Sequence record: NZ_CP118102.1 | Origin: a plasmid | DNA length: 64,000 bases | Strand: one strand, 5' to 3' | Shown: piece after piece, positions 55,949 through 64,000 of the stretch | Numbering within the stretch: the first letter of the stretch is position 1 | How the letters are laid out: every line of letters starts with the position of its first letter | Position numbers and translations under genes: made by a program | Notes under the pieces: model-generated | What the model was told of the DNA's origin: nothing | Seen by the model: only the letters and a program-made list of their open reading frames with translations | Database searches by the model: none

Positions 55949-56995
55949 TTAACTATTCTTATGATTAACAATATGATCAACAATTCTCTGAGCATCATAT
56001 TTACCCCATCCAACAAGTGCAGATCCTCTACAGGTCTGCCATGGTAAACCAACGAAATATAGCCCCTCGACTACGGATACCCCCTCCGAGTGTTCAATCT
56101 CCCCTTCTTTAAACGCCTCAATAATATCTATCCATTGATCATCACGTTTAAAACCAGTAGCCCAAATAACATTATCAATATGTATTGGAGATTCTTCGTT
56201 CTCAAAGTAAACCTGATCTTTATATATCTTATTAGTTCTCAAATGTAGTTTAATTTTCTCTTGCCTTATTAGTAACTCTAATTCTTTCCCATAGATCTGT
56301 TCAGGTTGTTTGTATAACCATTTACCTAGCGTACTCTTTCGATGAGCTGTTAAGAAACCTAATTTGTTAAAATACCAGAAGATACTCTTCCCTAGTATAT
56401 GTAAAGGTTTGTAATTTATTTTTCCACTTGCAGAGAGATGCACTTCATAGTTTGAAGCTAATTCGCATGCTATTTGAGCTCCGGAGTTTCCTGCACCTAC
56501 AACTAGTACAACACCTTTCTTAAGTTGCTTCTCGTTTTTATATTGTGAGGAATGCAATTGTATTACTGAATTGCTAAGAGCTTTGCTGAATAACGGAATA
56601 TGTGGCTTCTGGAAAGGGCCTGTAGCTACAATTACATTTTTAGTAACGAATTCTCCTTGAGTTGTAATGAGCTTGAATGTGCCCCCCTCCTTAGTTAAAG
56701 ATAAAACTTGTGTATTTCCTTGAATAGGGAACTCTAAATGTTTAGCATAATCATTTAGATAATCTGCAAGTTCATCCTTATGCGGCAACCCCTGAGGATC
56801 ACCTGCTAAATCCATACCTGGTAAGCTACTGTACATTCTAGGTGTGAACAGATGCAAGGAGTCATAACGACTTCTCCAAGTATCCCCAATCGACTTTTGA
56901 CTATCTAAAATTAAGAAATTGATTGAATTTTGTTTTAGATAGTAAGCTGATACTAGTCCTGCTTGTCCTCCACCAATAATAATAACATCATACAT
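55949..56995 (-). CDS. czcO: FAD/NAD(P)-binding oxidoreductase (CzcO-like)
   Basis: MYDVIIIGGGQAGLVSAYYL dinucleotide motif plus a second GAGNSGAQIA motif. Flavin monooxygenase-like. Near the CDF transporter gene. Confidence 0.7.
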   Translation of the reverse strand: MYDVIIIGGGQAGLVSAYYLKQNSINFLILDSQKSIGDTWRSRYDSLHLFTPRMYSSLPGMDLAGDPQGLPHKDELADYLNDYAKHLEFPIQGNTQVLSLTKEGGTFKLITTQGEFVTKNVIVATGPFQKPHIPLFSKALSNSVIQLHSSQYKNEKQLKKGVVLVVGAGNSGAQIACELASNYEVHLSASGKINYKPLHILGKSIFWYFNKLGFLTAHRKSTLGKWLYKQPEQIYGKELELLIRQEKIKLHLRTNKIYKDQVYFENEESPIHIDNVIWATGFKRDDQWIDIIEAFKEGEIEHSEGVSVVEGLYFVGLPWQTCRGSALVGWGKYDAQRIVDHIVNHKNS

Positions 56996-57139
56996 TTTGG
57001 GAATTTCCTCCTAAACTAGTGATGTATTTAAATTATCATATGAGCAAGTATTCATCAATTGTCGGCATATAAATTTCCTCATAAAAAAAACAAGTTCAGA
57101 TAACTTGTTTTTGCTTTACTATGACTGTATTAAAACACC

Positions 57140-57550
57140 TTACTTTGCCTTGGTTAGTATTAATAATAATGAAATGAAGGTAAAGGCGGTTAGCGCTAGG
57201 AAAGGGATTGTAATAAAGTTAAGCCAGTTGATGTACTGAATATTACATGGTACACCACTAGTACACGGTTTAATAGATGCAAAGCCAGGTAGCTTCTGCT
57301 GCAAATAGTGAAACAAGGATAGACAGGCACCAAAGATGGATAAGGGAAGTACATATTTTTTTATATTTTTGTCGCTGTAAAAAGCGGCAATTCCTAAAAG
57401 GATACTTAAAGGATACATAAGTATTCTTTGATACCAACACAATTCACAAGGAATAAATCCTCTTATTTCACTAAAATATAGACTCCCTAACGTAGCAGTC
57501 ACTGCAACAATCCAAGCCAAGTATAATGTTTGGTCTCGTAAAACCACCAT
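57140..57550 (-). CDS. bdbC: Disulfide bond formation protein B (DsbB/BdbC family)
   Basis: Four TM segments with the CELCWYQR and PCTSGVPC Cys pairs. Confidence 0.8.
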   Translation of the reverse strand: MVVLRDQTLYLAWIVAVTATLGSLYFSEIRGFIPCELCWYQRILMYPLSILLGIAAFYSDKNIKKYVLPLSIFGACLSLFHYLQQKLPGFASIKPCTSGVPCNIQYINWLNFITIPFLALTAFTFISLLLILTKAK

Positions 57551-57564
57551 TTTCCCCTCCCAGT

Positions 57565-58248
57565 TTACTCCTTAAGTTGAGCGTTTATTAAGCTAGAAAT
57601 CTCATCATAATCAAATGGGTTAGATACCATTACATTATTTATCATAATTGTAGGTGTTTGCTGTACGTTATATTTAAGTACTAGTTCATTATCTATATTA
57701 ACTTGCTCCTGGATTTGCATACTTTTCATATCATTCTCCAGTTTCTGAAGATAAATTGTTGGCGTGAACTGCTTAGCAATTTCCAAAACTTTCTCTGATG
57801 TTAACCAAAGTTCATCATGCTGCTCTGTTTGTGGTTGTGCATTGAATAGCTCTTTATGAAATGTCCAATACGCTTCAGGATCTTGTATCCAAATAGCTTC
57901 TGCCGCAAGCGCTCCAGTCCTCGACTCTTCTTCATGAAAAAGAACATTTATGTATGAGAATGAAGCTTTACCTGTTTCGATAAAGTCCTTCGTAATTCTT
58001 GGCTTCATTTCCTCTTCCCATGCCTTGCAGGACGGACATTTAAAATCTCCAAACTCTACAATAGATACTTTAGATTCCTTACTCCCCAAAGTTGGTTGGT
58101 TCTCTGTCACAGGTGCGTCTTCGAATACCATTGCTGGATTTTCTGATTTTTGATTCATTTGGTTTATCAAAAATAATGAAAGTAATAAAATAATGATTAG
58201 TGAAGTGAAGATAACTAATTTTTTTGACAATTGACGTGTGTTATTCAT
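57565..58248 (-). CDS. bdbD: Thiol-disulfide oxidoreductase (DsbA/BdbD family)
   Basis: Signal anchor and the thioredoxin-fold CPSC motif (FGDFKCPSCKAW). Confidence 0.8.
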   Translation of the reverse strand: MNNTRQLSKKLVIFTSLIIILLLSLFLINQMNQKSENPAMVFEDAPVTENQPTLGSKESKVSIVEFGDFKCPSCKAWEEEMKPRITKDFIETGKASFSYINVLFHEEESRTGALAAEAIWIQDPEAYWTFHKELFNAQPQTEQHDELWLTSEKVLEIAKQFTPTIYLQKLENDMKSMQIQEQVNIDNELVLKYNVQQTPTIMINNVMVSNPFDYDEISSLINAQLKE

Positions 58249-58318
58249 TGTTCACCTCGAAATTTTGTTTGTTTTTTTGATTCTACGTATAGATTCTTGC
58301 ATCATTTGAAAATGTCCT

Positions 58319-59155
58319 TTAAGTATTATGTTTAAATTCAGAAATCTCTAATGGGTCATCATGCTTCTCCTTTCGATACCATTTAGCTGTAATAATCCCA
58401 AGCACTGCAACAAAAGCTGCCTCTTGCGTCATCTTCATAATAATCCCACCTAATTGTTGATCATCTAATGGGCTCAAAATTGAAAATAGCTGAGGTGCAT
58501 TTACATACGGTTCATAGAGTACTTTGTCAGAAAAAATAATAACAACACATGCTGGATAAAGGAGAACTGCGTTAGCTGCAATATAACCTAGCTTTTTGAC
58601 ATTGGATAGCCGATCTAGTTCCGGAATAGGACAGATAAGAGGCCACCACATTTGAAATGAGGTAATGACTAGAAATGTATGATATAGGATTCCAAGCAGA
58701 GGGTTCTCCATCAATATATTAAATATGACTGGAAAGTGGTATACGGAGAATCCGAAATTAAATAAAAGCATAGCTAGTATAGGTTGATTCCAAAATTTTC
58801 CCAGATTCCTAAAAAACTTTGTCTCTAATAAAGGACGTAACAACCAAGCTGGGGTCCCTAAGTAAATTAACAATGGCATTATGAAATATAATAAAGCTTG
58901 CTTCAGCATGTGAGCGCTAAACAAAACGTGATGACTAAGCGCATTAATTGGACTTCCAACAGCTAGATAGAGTGTTGCTAATCCGGATAAAAACAATATA
59001 ATTTGTCTCAATTCCACTGGTTCACTTTGATTAAAACGATTACGAAATTTCTTAATAGATAGAATGTAAGCTATTGATAATAAAACTGCTATTACAATTA
59101 CAATCGGTCTCCACATTTCTAAAAAATCAAAATGTTCTAGTACCATTTCGTTCAT
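58319..59155 (-). CDS. ctaG: CtaG-family (caa3-type cytochrome oxidase assembly factor) membrane protein
   Basis: 278 aa, polytopic, overall similar to Bacillus CtaG (Caa3_CtaG). Family assignment is from general resemblance only. Confidence 0.5.
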   Translation of the reverse strand: MNEMVLEHFDFLEMWRPIVIVIAVLLSIAYILSIKKFRNRFNQSEPVELRQIILFLSGLATLYLAVGSPINALSHHVLFSAHMLKQALLYFIMPLLIYLGTPAWLLRPLLETKFFRNLGKFWNQPILAMLLFNFGFSVYHFPVIFNILMENPLLGILYHTFLVITSFQMWWPLICPIPELDRLSNVKKLGYIAANAVLLYPACVVIIFSDKVLYEPYVNAPQLFSILSPLDDQQLGGIIMKMTQEAAFVAVLGIITAKWYRKEKHDDPLEISEFKHNT

Positions 59156-59319
59156 CGCTAATAACCCCTCTACTACCCATTATAGAATAAATACTACAAT
59201 GAGTAGTATAATATAAAATTGAAGAATCTGGTAACAAAAATATTTATATACTCATGTTCAACTGAAAAATATCGAGAGGTGCTATTTCCCATACAGTAGG
59301 CACTTTGCTCAACTGTTAA

Positions 59320-59697
59320 TTAGCTTTGAGGAATGTATTTTTTTGAAAAATGAATTCCGCTACCAGCATAAAAATGTCCAAATAATTCATAGGATCCTTG
59401 TTCTAAGTTTGCGGAATTAACTTTTGCAGCATAAACTCCATTGCCCTCATATTCACCTGGTATCCAGGTGGGACCTCCACCCTTACGAATTTCAAACATA
59501 AACCACGATTCCTGCGTAGTCGTCATGGCGTCATTTAAAGTTGCTGTTACTCGCACATTCTGTTCTTCATCTGTTTGAGCTTCAGATATAGCGATACTAA
59601 TAGTTGATGCTTTATTATTAGAACCCTCTGAGCTGCAGCCTGTGAAAATATAAGTAGTCAACACTAAACCGACGATATATATTATTGCTTTCTTCAT
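59320..59697 (-). CDS. Lipoprotein, possibly YtkA-like copper-handling lipoprotein
   Basis: Lipobox YIFTGCSS. 125 aa. Its context of copper and cytochrome-oxidase assembly genes suggests the role, but there is no diagnostic motif. Confidence 0.45.
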   Translation of the reverse strand: MKKAIIYIVGLVLTTYIFTGCSSEGSNNKASTISIAISEAQTDEEQNVRVTATLNDAMTTTQESWFMFEIRKGGGPTWIPGEYEGNGVYAAKVNSANLEQGSYELFGHFYAGSGIHFSKKYIPQS

Positions 59698-60139
59698 TTT
59701 TACCTCCGCAATCTGAATGCAAGACCGATTTCCACGATACTAAATTTTCAAATTTTCTAAACATACACCTTCTTTTTTCATTTCCATCTAACATAATCTT
59801 GTTTGGGTTACGATTACAGATGTGGTCTAGGTTAATAAGCATCACAATTATATACTACAATTTGTAGTTTTAATTAAAAAACTATAATTGTTCAAAATAT
59901 TGACCAAACCTTATAGCTAAAGGATCGTAGCTAACTCCACTTTCATTAATATAAATCTCAGAGTATATAATCCCTTTGTTTCAAAGGAAGAATACTAAAC
60001 ACCAACACCTTTACATGCTGGAACTAGCATCAGACTCCATAACTAAAATACAGCCGGTCCTACTGACCGACTGTACTTCTTGAAATATAAAATTGGCTTT
60101 CGAATTGAGACATTGTAAATATGGGTTAGTGAGGATGTG

Positions 60140-61063
60140 CTAATTTTCTTTTACTTCACAAAAAATCGAGTTATCATGCTGATGTACCCGTGTCTCAAGT
60201 TGAATCGTGATGTGCATGATTCCTTTATTTTCAAGCAAATGTTCAATCTCACGTAATATTCGCTCACTTTCTCCGACGGTTAGCTGATCATCCACAACAG
60301 CATGGCAGGAAAGTGCATTTAGTCCACTAGTTATGGTCCATATGTGCAAATCATGTATGCTTTGAATTCCTTCTGTTTTTTCAATTGTCCGAGCCACATC
60401 CTCAACATGAACATTACTCGGTGTTCCTTCCATTAAAATATGAACCGCATCTTTAGTAACGTAAAAGCCACTTCTTAAAACAAGTATTGCAACAATAACA
60501 CTTGCAAGTGGATCTGCCCACCCCCAACCAAAGAACATAATGAGTAAAGCAGCAACAATAGCACCAACAGATCCGAGCATATCACTTAGTACATGTAAAA
60601 AAGCTCCTCTCATGTTCAGATTTTCTTTTGTATCACCGCCACGCATCATTATCCATGCAACCAGAATATTAACCAACAATCCAATCGAACTGATAATGAG
60701 CATTCCGGTTGTAGCAACTTGAGGGGGATTTGCAAAGCGATCAATTGCTTCATAGAAAATAAACAACGCAATTAGAATGAGTGTAGCACCATTCAACACT
60801 GCTGCTAAAATTTCAAAGCGTCTATACCCGTAGGTCTTACTTCGACTCGCTACTTTTTGACCAAAAATAAAGGCAAGTAATGCAATTGCTAAGGAGATCG
60901 AATCGCTCAACATATGTCCTGCATCCGACAAAAGTGCAAGACTATTTGTAATAAAACCTCCAATAGCTTCAATAATCATGTAACATGTTATCAAAAGAAA
61001 TGATATCCATAACACCTTTTTATTTGCACCATGTGTATGGTTGTGATCGTGGTTATGTGACAA
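60140..61063 (-). CDS. czcD: Cation diffusion facilitator transporter (CzcD-like)
   Basis: His-rich N-terminus MSHNHDHNHTHG. Six TM segments with HxxxD motifs (LSDAGHMLSD, LHVLSDMLGS). C-terminal cytoplasmic domain. TTG start with GGAGGAGGG RBS. Confidence 0.85.
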   Translation of the reverse strand: MSHNHDHNHTHGANKKVLWISFLLITCYMIIEAIGGFITNSLALLSDAGHMLSDSISLAIALLAFIFGQKVASRSKTYGYRRFEILAAVLNGATLILIALFIFYEAIDRFANPPQVATTGMLIISSIGLLVNILVAWIMMRGGDTKENLNMRGAFLHVLSDMLGSVGAIVAALLIMFFGWGWADPLASVIVAILVLRSGFYVTKDAVHILMEGTPSNVHVEDVARTIEKTEGIQSIHDLHIWTITSGLNALSCHAVVDDQLTVGESERILREIEHLLENKGIMHITIQLETRVHQHDNSIFCEVKEN

Positions 61064-61392
61064 TTCAAATCCCTCCTCCTTGTTATGTATTCCGCTCAGA
61101 TTAAAAAACTATTATGTGCATACTCAATTACTGTTGGCCATATTCGTTACGTATTCATGATTGATATTATGCCCTTTCTTTTGTAGAAGAAATATGGTTT
61201 TTGATCTACATTATAACTTCTGCAATCGCCTCCCTCTTTTTTTGATTATCTAACTTTTTCTTTTGTATACCTTTTACTCCACGTTTACATAATGCTTGGT
61301 GCTTTTTTACAGTCGAATGATAATCTTCATATTATTGAACAAATGAACAAAGATTCATGCATTCATCTGTAAGATTAAGAGGAGGAATTATC

Positions 61393-62751
61393 GTGAAATT
61401 ATCAAAGAAAGCAATTCCTGCAGCAGCACTTAGCCTGGTCTTTGCCGCTTCTACAGTCTTGTCTGCCGGACAAGCAAATGCCGTACAGGCTGTCAGTGTA
61501 GAGAAAAAACAAATCAAGAATATTATCTTCCTCATAGGTGACGGCATGGGAACTTCTTATACTTCCGCTTACCGTTATATGAAGAATGATCCTTCTACGA
61601 AAGTGATGGAGAGAACCGTATTTGATCCCTACCTTGTCGGAACTCAAATGACATATCCGGATGACGACACGCAAAACGTGACGGATTCCGCTTCTGCGGC
61701 TACCGCAATGTCTGCTGGTGTTAAGACTTATAACGCTGCCATCGCTGTCGATAATGACGAATCGGAAGTCAAAACCGTATTGGAGCAGGCAAAGGAAAAC
61801 GGGAAATCCACTGGGCTTGTTGCTACCTCGGAGATTACCCATGCCACACCGGCTGCATTCGGCGCTCATGACATCAGCCGGAGAAATATGGACGCGATCG
61901 CAGATGATTACTATGATGAATTGATCAATGGTGAGCACAAAGTTGATGTCTTATTAGGTGGAGGTAAATCTAATTTTGTACGTGAGGATCGTGACCTGAC
62001 AAATGAGTTCCTAGAAGCTGGATTCAGTTATGTGACTGATCGCAGCGCCCTGCTCGCAGATACTAATGAGCAGATTCTCGGACTTTTTGCTGACGGAGGA
62101 ATGGACAAGTTGATCGATCGTACTAGCGAAACACCTTCTCTAGCCGAAATGACTAATACAGCGATTGATCGTCTGAGCACAAACGAAAATGGTTTTTTCC
62201 TAATGGTTGAAGGCAGCCAGATTGACTGGGCAGGCCATGATAATGACATCGTTGGCTCTATGAGCGAAATGGAGGATTTTGCGGCAGCATTCCAGGCAGC
62301 TATTGATTTTGCTACAGAGAACGGCGAAACCCTTGTCGTAGCAACTGCAGACCATTCAACTGGCGGACTTACACTCGGAAAAGACGGAGAATATAACTTC
62401 TTCGTGGATCCGATCAAAGCTGCAGTACGGACTCCAGACTTCATGGCAGCTCGAATTGCGGAAGGTGCTTCCGTAGAAGAAACGCTTAAGAACTATCTAA
62501 AGCTTGAGCTAACAGCTGAGGAAATTCAATCTGTAAAAGACGTAGCTAAAGACGCAGATGTAACGACAATTGACAATGCCATCGAAACTATTATCGATAA
62601 CCGTTCGTTCACTGGCTGGACTACAGGCGGACATACGGGTGAAGACGTGCCAGTCTATGCTTACGGTCCAGGAAGCCATCGCTTCTCCGGCCTGATCGAC
62701 AATACAAATAACGCAGAGATCATCTTTGATATTTTAAAGAAACATAAATAA
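61393..62751 (+). CDS. phoA: Alkaline phosphatase (PhoA family), secreted
   Basis: Signal peptide. Active-site region IIFLIGDGMGTSY with the nucleophile Ser context DS(A/S). GTG start at 61393 after GAGGAGGAA. Terminator at about 62775-62815. Confidence 0.8.
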   Translation: MKLSKKAIPAAALSLVFAASTVLSAGQANAVQAVSVEKKQIKNIIFLIGDGMGTSYTSAYRYMKNDPSTKVMERTVFDPYLVGTQMTYPDDDTQNVTDSASAATAMSAGVKTYNAAIAVDNDESEVKTVLEQAKENGKSTGLVATSEITHATPAAFGAHDISRRNMDAIADDYYDELINGEHKVDVLLGGGKSNFVREDRDLTNEFLEAGFSYVTDRSALLADTNEQILGLFADGGMDKLIDRTSETPSLAEMTNTAIDRLSTNENGFFLMVEGSQIDWAGHDNDIVGSMSEMEDFAAAFQAAIDFATENGETLVVATADHSTGGLTLGKDGEYNFFVDPIKAAVRTPDFMAARIAEGASVEETLKNYLKLELTAEEIQSVKDVAKDADVTTIDNAIETIIDNRSFTGWTTGGHTGEDVPVYAYGPGSHRFSGLIDNTNNAEIIFDILKKHK

Positions 62752-62989
62752 TTAAATACTCATCAGAAGCCCATTCTCTTCTATCCATCAGGAATCAGAG
62801 AATGGGCTTCTTTTCATTTGCATCATAAAAAGATGCCACCTCGTGTCTTTTTATACAAAACATCCTCTCTCTAAGAGTTTATCCTGAAAATAAATTCATT
62901 CTCTCTTTGCATGTATTGTACCTGATCTCTAGATTCACCGACATTGGCCCTTGTGTTGCACTAAAGCCTTCGCTAAGGTCTTCAAACAA

Positions 62990-63260
62990 GGTCTTCAGCT
63001 GTTTGGGAAGCAAATCGTAGCCGTCTACATGTTTTTCCTTTCATGTAGTCCAGTACATAATACTCGAGAAAATTATTGATAGTAATTTCGGAGCGATCTT
63101 CCACGAATAGAATCATGAACAATGTACAGCCCGTTAGAGGAAAGGAAAAAATTTCGTCTGCCGCATCCATAATTAAGAAGCTTAAACCAGTCTGTTTAAG
63201 ATAATACCCAGTAGCAAAACCAGCTTGTCCCGCTCCTATCACTAAAATACATCGTACATG
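62990..63260 (-). pseudogene. Truncated paralog of the CzcO-like oxidoreductase (N-terminal fragment only)
   Basis: ILVIGAGQAGFATGYYLKQTGLSFLIMDAADEI matches the N-terminus of the 55949..56995 product. The frame then degenerates. Confidence 0.55.
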
Positions 63261-63365
63261 CGTTAGCCCCTTCACTAAACAATCAAATAATGGTTTGATT
63301 GAATAATTATAATATGATATTCTGATAATAATCAAACGGTTATTTGAGTGAATGGAGGGTATAAC

Positions 63366-63734
63366 ATGAAAGATAGCTGTGAAATTTATTGTTATGACGA
63401 ACCGAAAGTGCGTAAAGTACAAAATGATTTACAAAAACAAGACATTCCTACAATGGCGAAGATGTTTAAAGCTCTCGCAGATGAAACACGATTGAAGATT
63501 GCCTATGCTTTATGCGAAGAACAGGAACTTTGTGTATGTGATGTGGCAAATATTACTGGGTCCTCGTTAGCTACTGCATCCCATCATCTGCGCACACTAA
63601 AACAACTTGGTTTAGCAAAATATCGAAAAGAAGGAAAGCTTGCGTTCTATTCATTGGAAGATGATCATGTACGTCAATTAGTTCAACTAGCCTCGATGCA
63701 TAGCAAGGAGTTGATGAGTCATGCAACAACATGA
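63366..63734 (+). CDS. cadC: ArsR/SmtB-family cadmium-sensing repressor
   Basis: MKDSCEIYCYDE... with N-terminal Cys and ELCVCDVANI. ATG at 63366 after GGAGGG. Overlaps cadA by 4 codons. Confidence 0.85.
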   Translation: MKDSCEIYCYDEPKVRKVQNDLQKQDIPTMAKMFKALADETRLKIAYALCEEQELCVCDVANITGSSLATASHHLRTLKQLGLAKYRKEGKLAFYSLEDDHVRQLVQLASMHSKELMSHATT

Positions 63735-64000
63735 AGAGGAAAACAGTGAAAAACAAGTTTTCCGTATACAGGGTTTTACTTGCACTAATTGTGCAGGTAA
63801 ATTTGAGAATAATGTAAGAAGTCTTCCCGGTGTATCGGATGCAAAGGTTAACTTCGGAGCAGCCAAAATAACCGTTTATGGAAATGCTACCGTGGAAGAG
63901 TTGGAAAAGGCCGGGTCTTTTGAAAACTTAAAGGTATCACCTGAAAAACAAAGAACCGTTGAAAAAAAGGAACCCTTCTGGAAAGAGAATTGGAATGTTA
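63721..64000 (+). CDS. cadA: Cadmium-translocating P-type ATPase, N-terminal part (continues past window end)
   Basis: HMA domain GFTCTNCAGKFENNVRSLPGV, closely resembling plasmid pI258-type CadA. Confidence 0.8.
   Translation, partial: MQQHEEENSEKQVFRIQGFTCTNCAGKFENNVRSLPGVSDAKVNFGAAKITVYGNATVEELEKAGSFENLKVSPEKQRTVEKKEPFWKENWNV

Overview
The window is two very different pieces of DNA joined at about 22.43-22.65 kb. GC percentages are by-eye estimates, not computed.

**Part A, about 1-22,430 (high GC, roughly 60-65%)**
- A seven-gene minus-strand operon with overlapping stop/start codons. It encodes KAS III, ATP-grasp, NAD-epimerase, MBL-fold, F390-synthetase-like adenylating enzyme, a FemAB/GNAT-like protein and an SDR. 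It looks like a conserved but uncharacterised fatty-acyl metabolite cluster.
- A nine-copy 51-bp tandem repeat with three open frames, followed by a hairpin.
- An amidase and a frameshifted alpha/beta hydrolase.
- An AraC-regulated sugar module: sugar-phosphate isomerase, Gfo/Idh/MocA oxidoreductase and a 743-aa FAD oxidoreductase.
- An amino-acid ABC transporter with a DszA/NtaA-type LLM monooxygenase, which resembles a sulfur-scavenging module.
- An MFS transporter and a TetR regulator.
- A heme O synthase gene (ctaB) that is cut off after about 139 codons, exactly where the GC content collapses.

**Part B, about 22.6-64 kb (low GC, roughly mid/upper 30s %, Bacillaceae-like)**
- Mobile-element context: tyrosine integrase, XRE regulator, orphan HicB. 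Inside it sits a Ubl / E2-like / JAB / E1-like gene set next to a PAPS-reductase-like PP-loop ATPase. This is the most interesting candidate for a novel conjugation or sulfur-transfer system.
- An IS/repeat junkyard:
  - IS200/IS605 with a matching empty site elsewhere in the window;
  - an IS30;
  - IS3 remnants;
  - a class-C-like group II intron inserted into one copy of a dispersed repeat that carries a terminator-like hairpin;
  - a palindromic composite repeat;
  - a roughly 380-bp high-GC fragment.
- The repeats separate single-gene, cassette-like units: acetyltransferase, MORN protein, snapalysin-like proteases, BlaI/BlaR1-like, M23 peptidase.
- A metal-resistance island: copCD, two cadC-cadA-like pairs, czcD, czcO plus a czcO remnant, bdbDC, ctaG-like and phoA.

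No rRNA, tRNA or CRISPR array was recognised.
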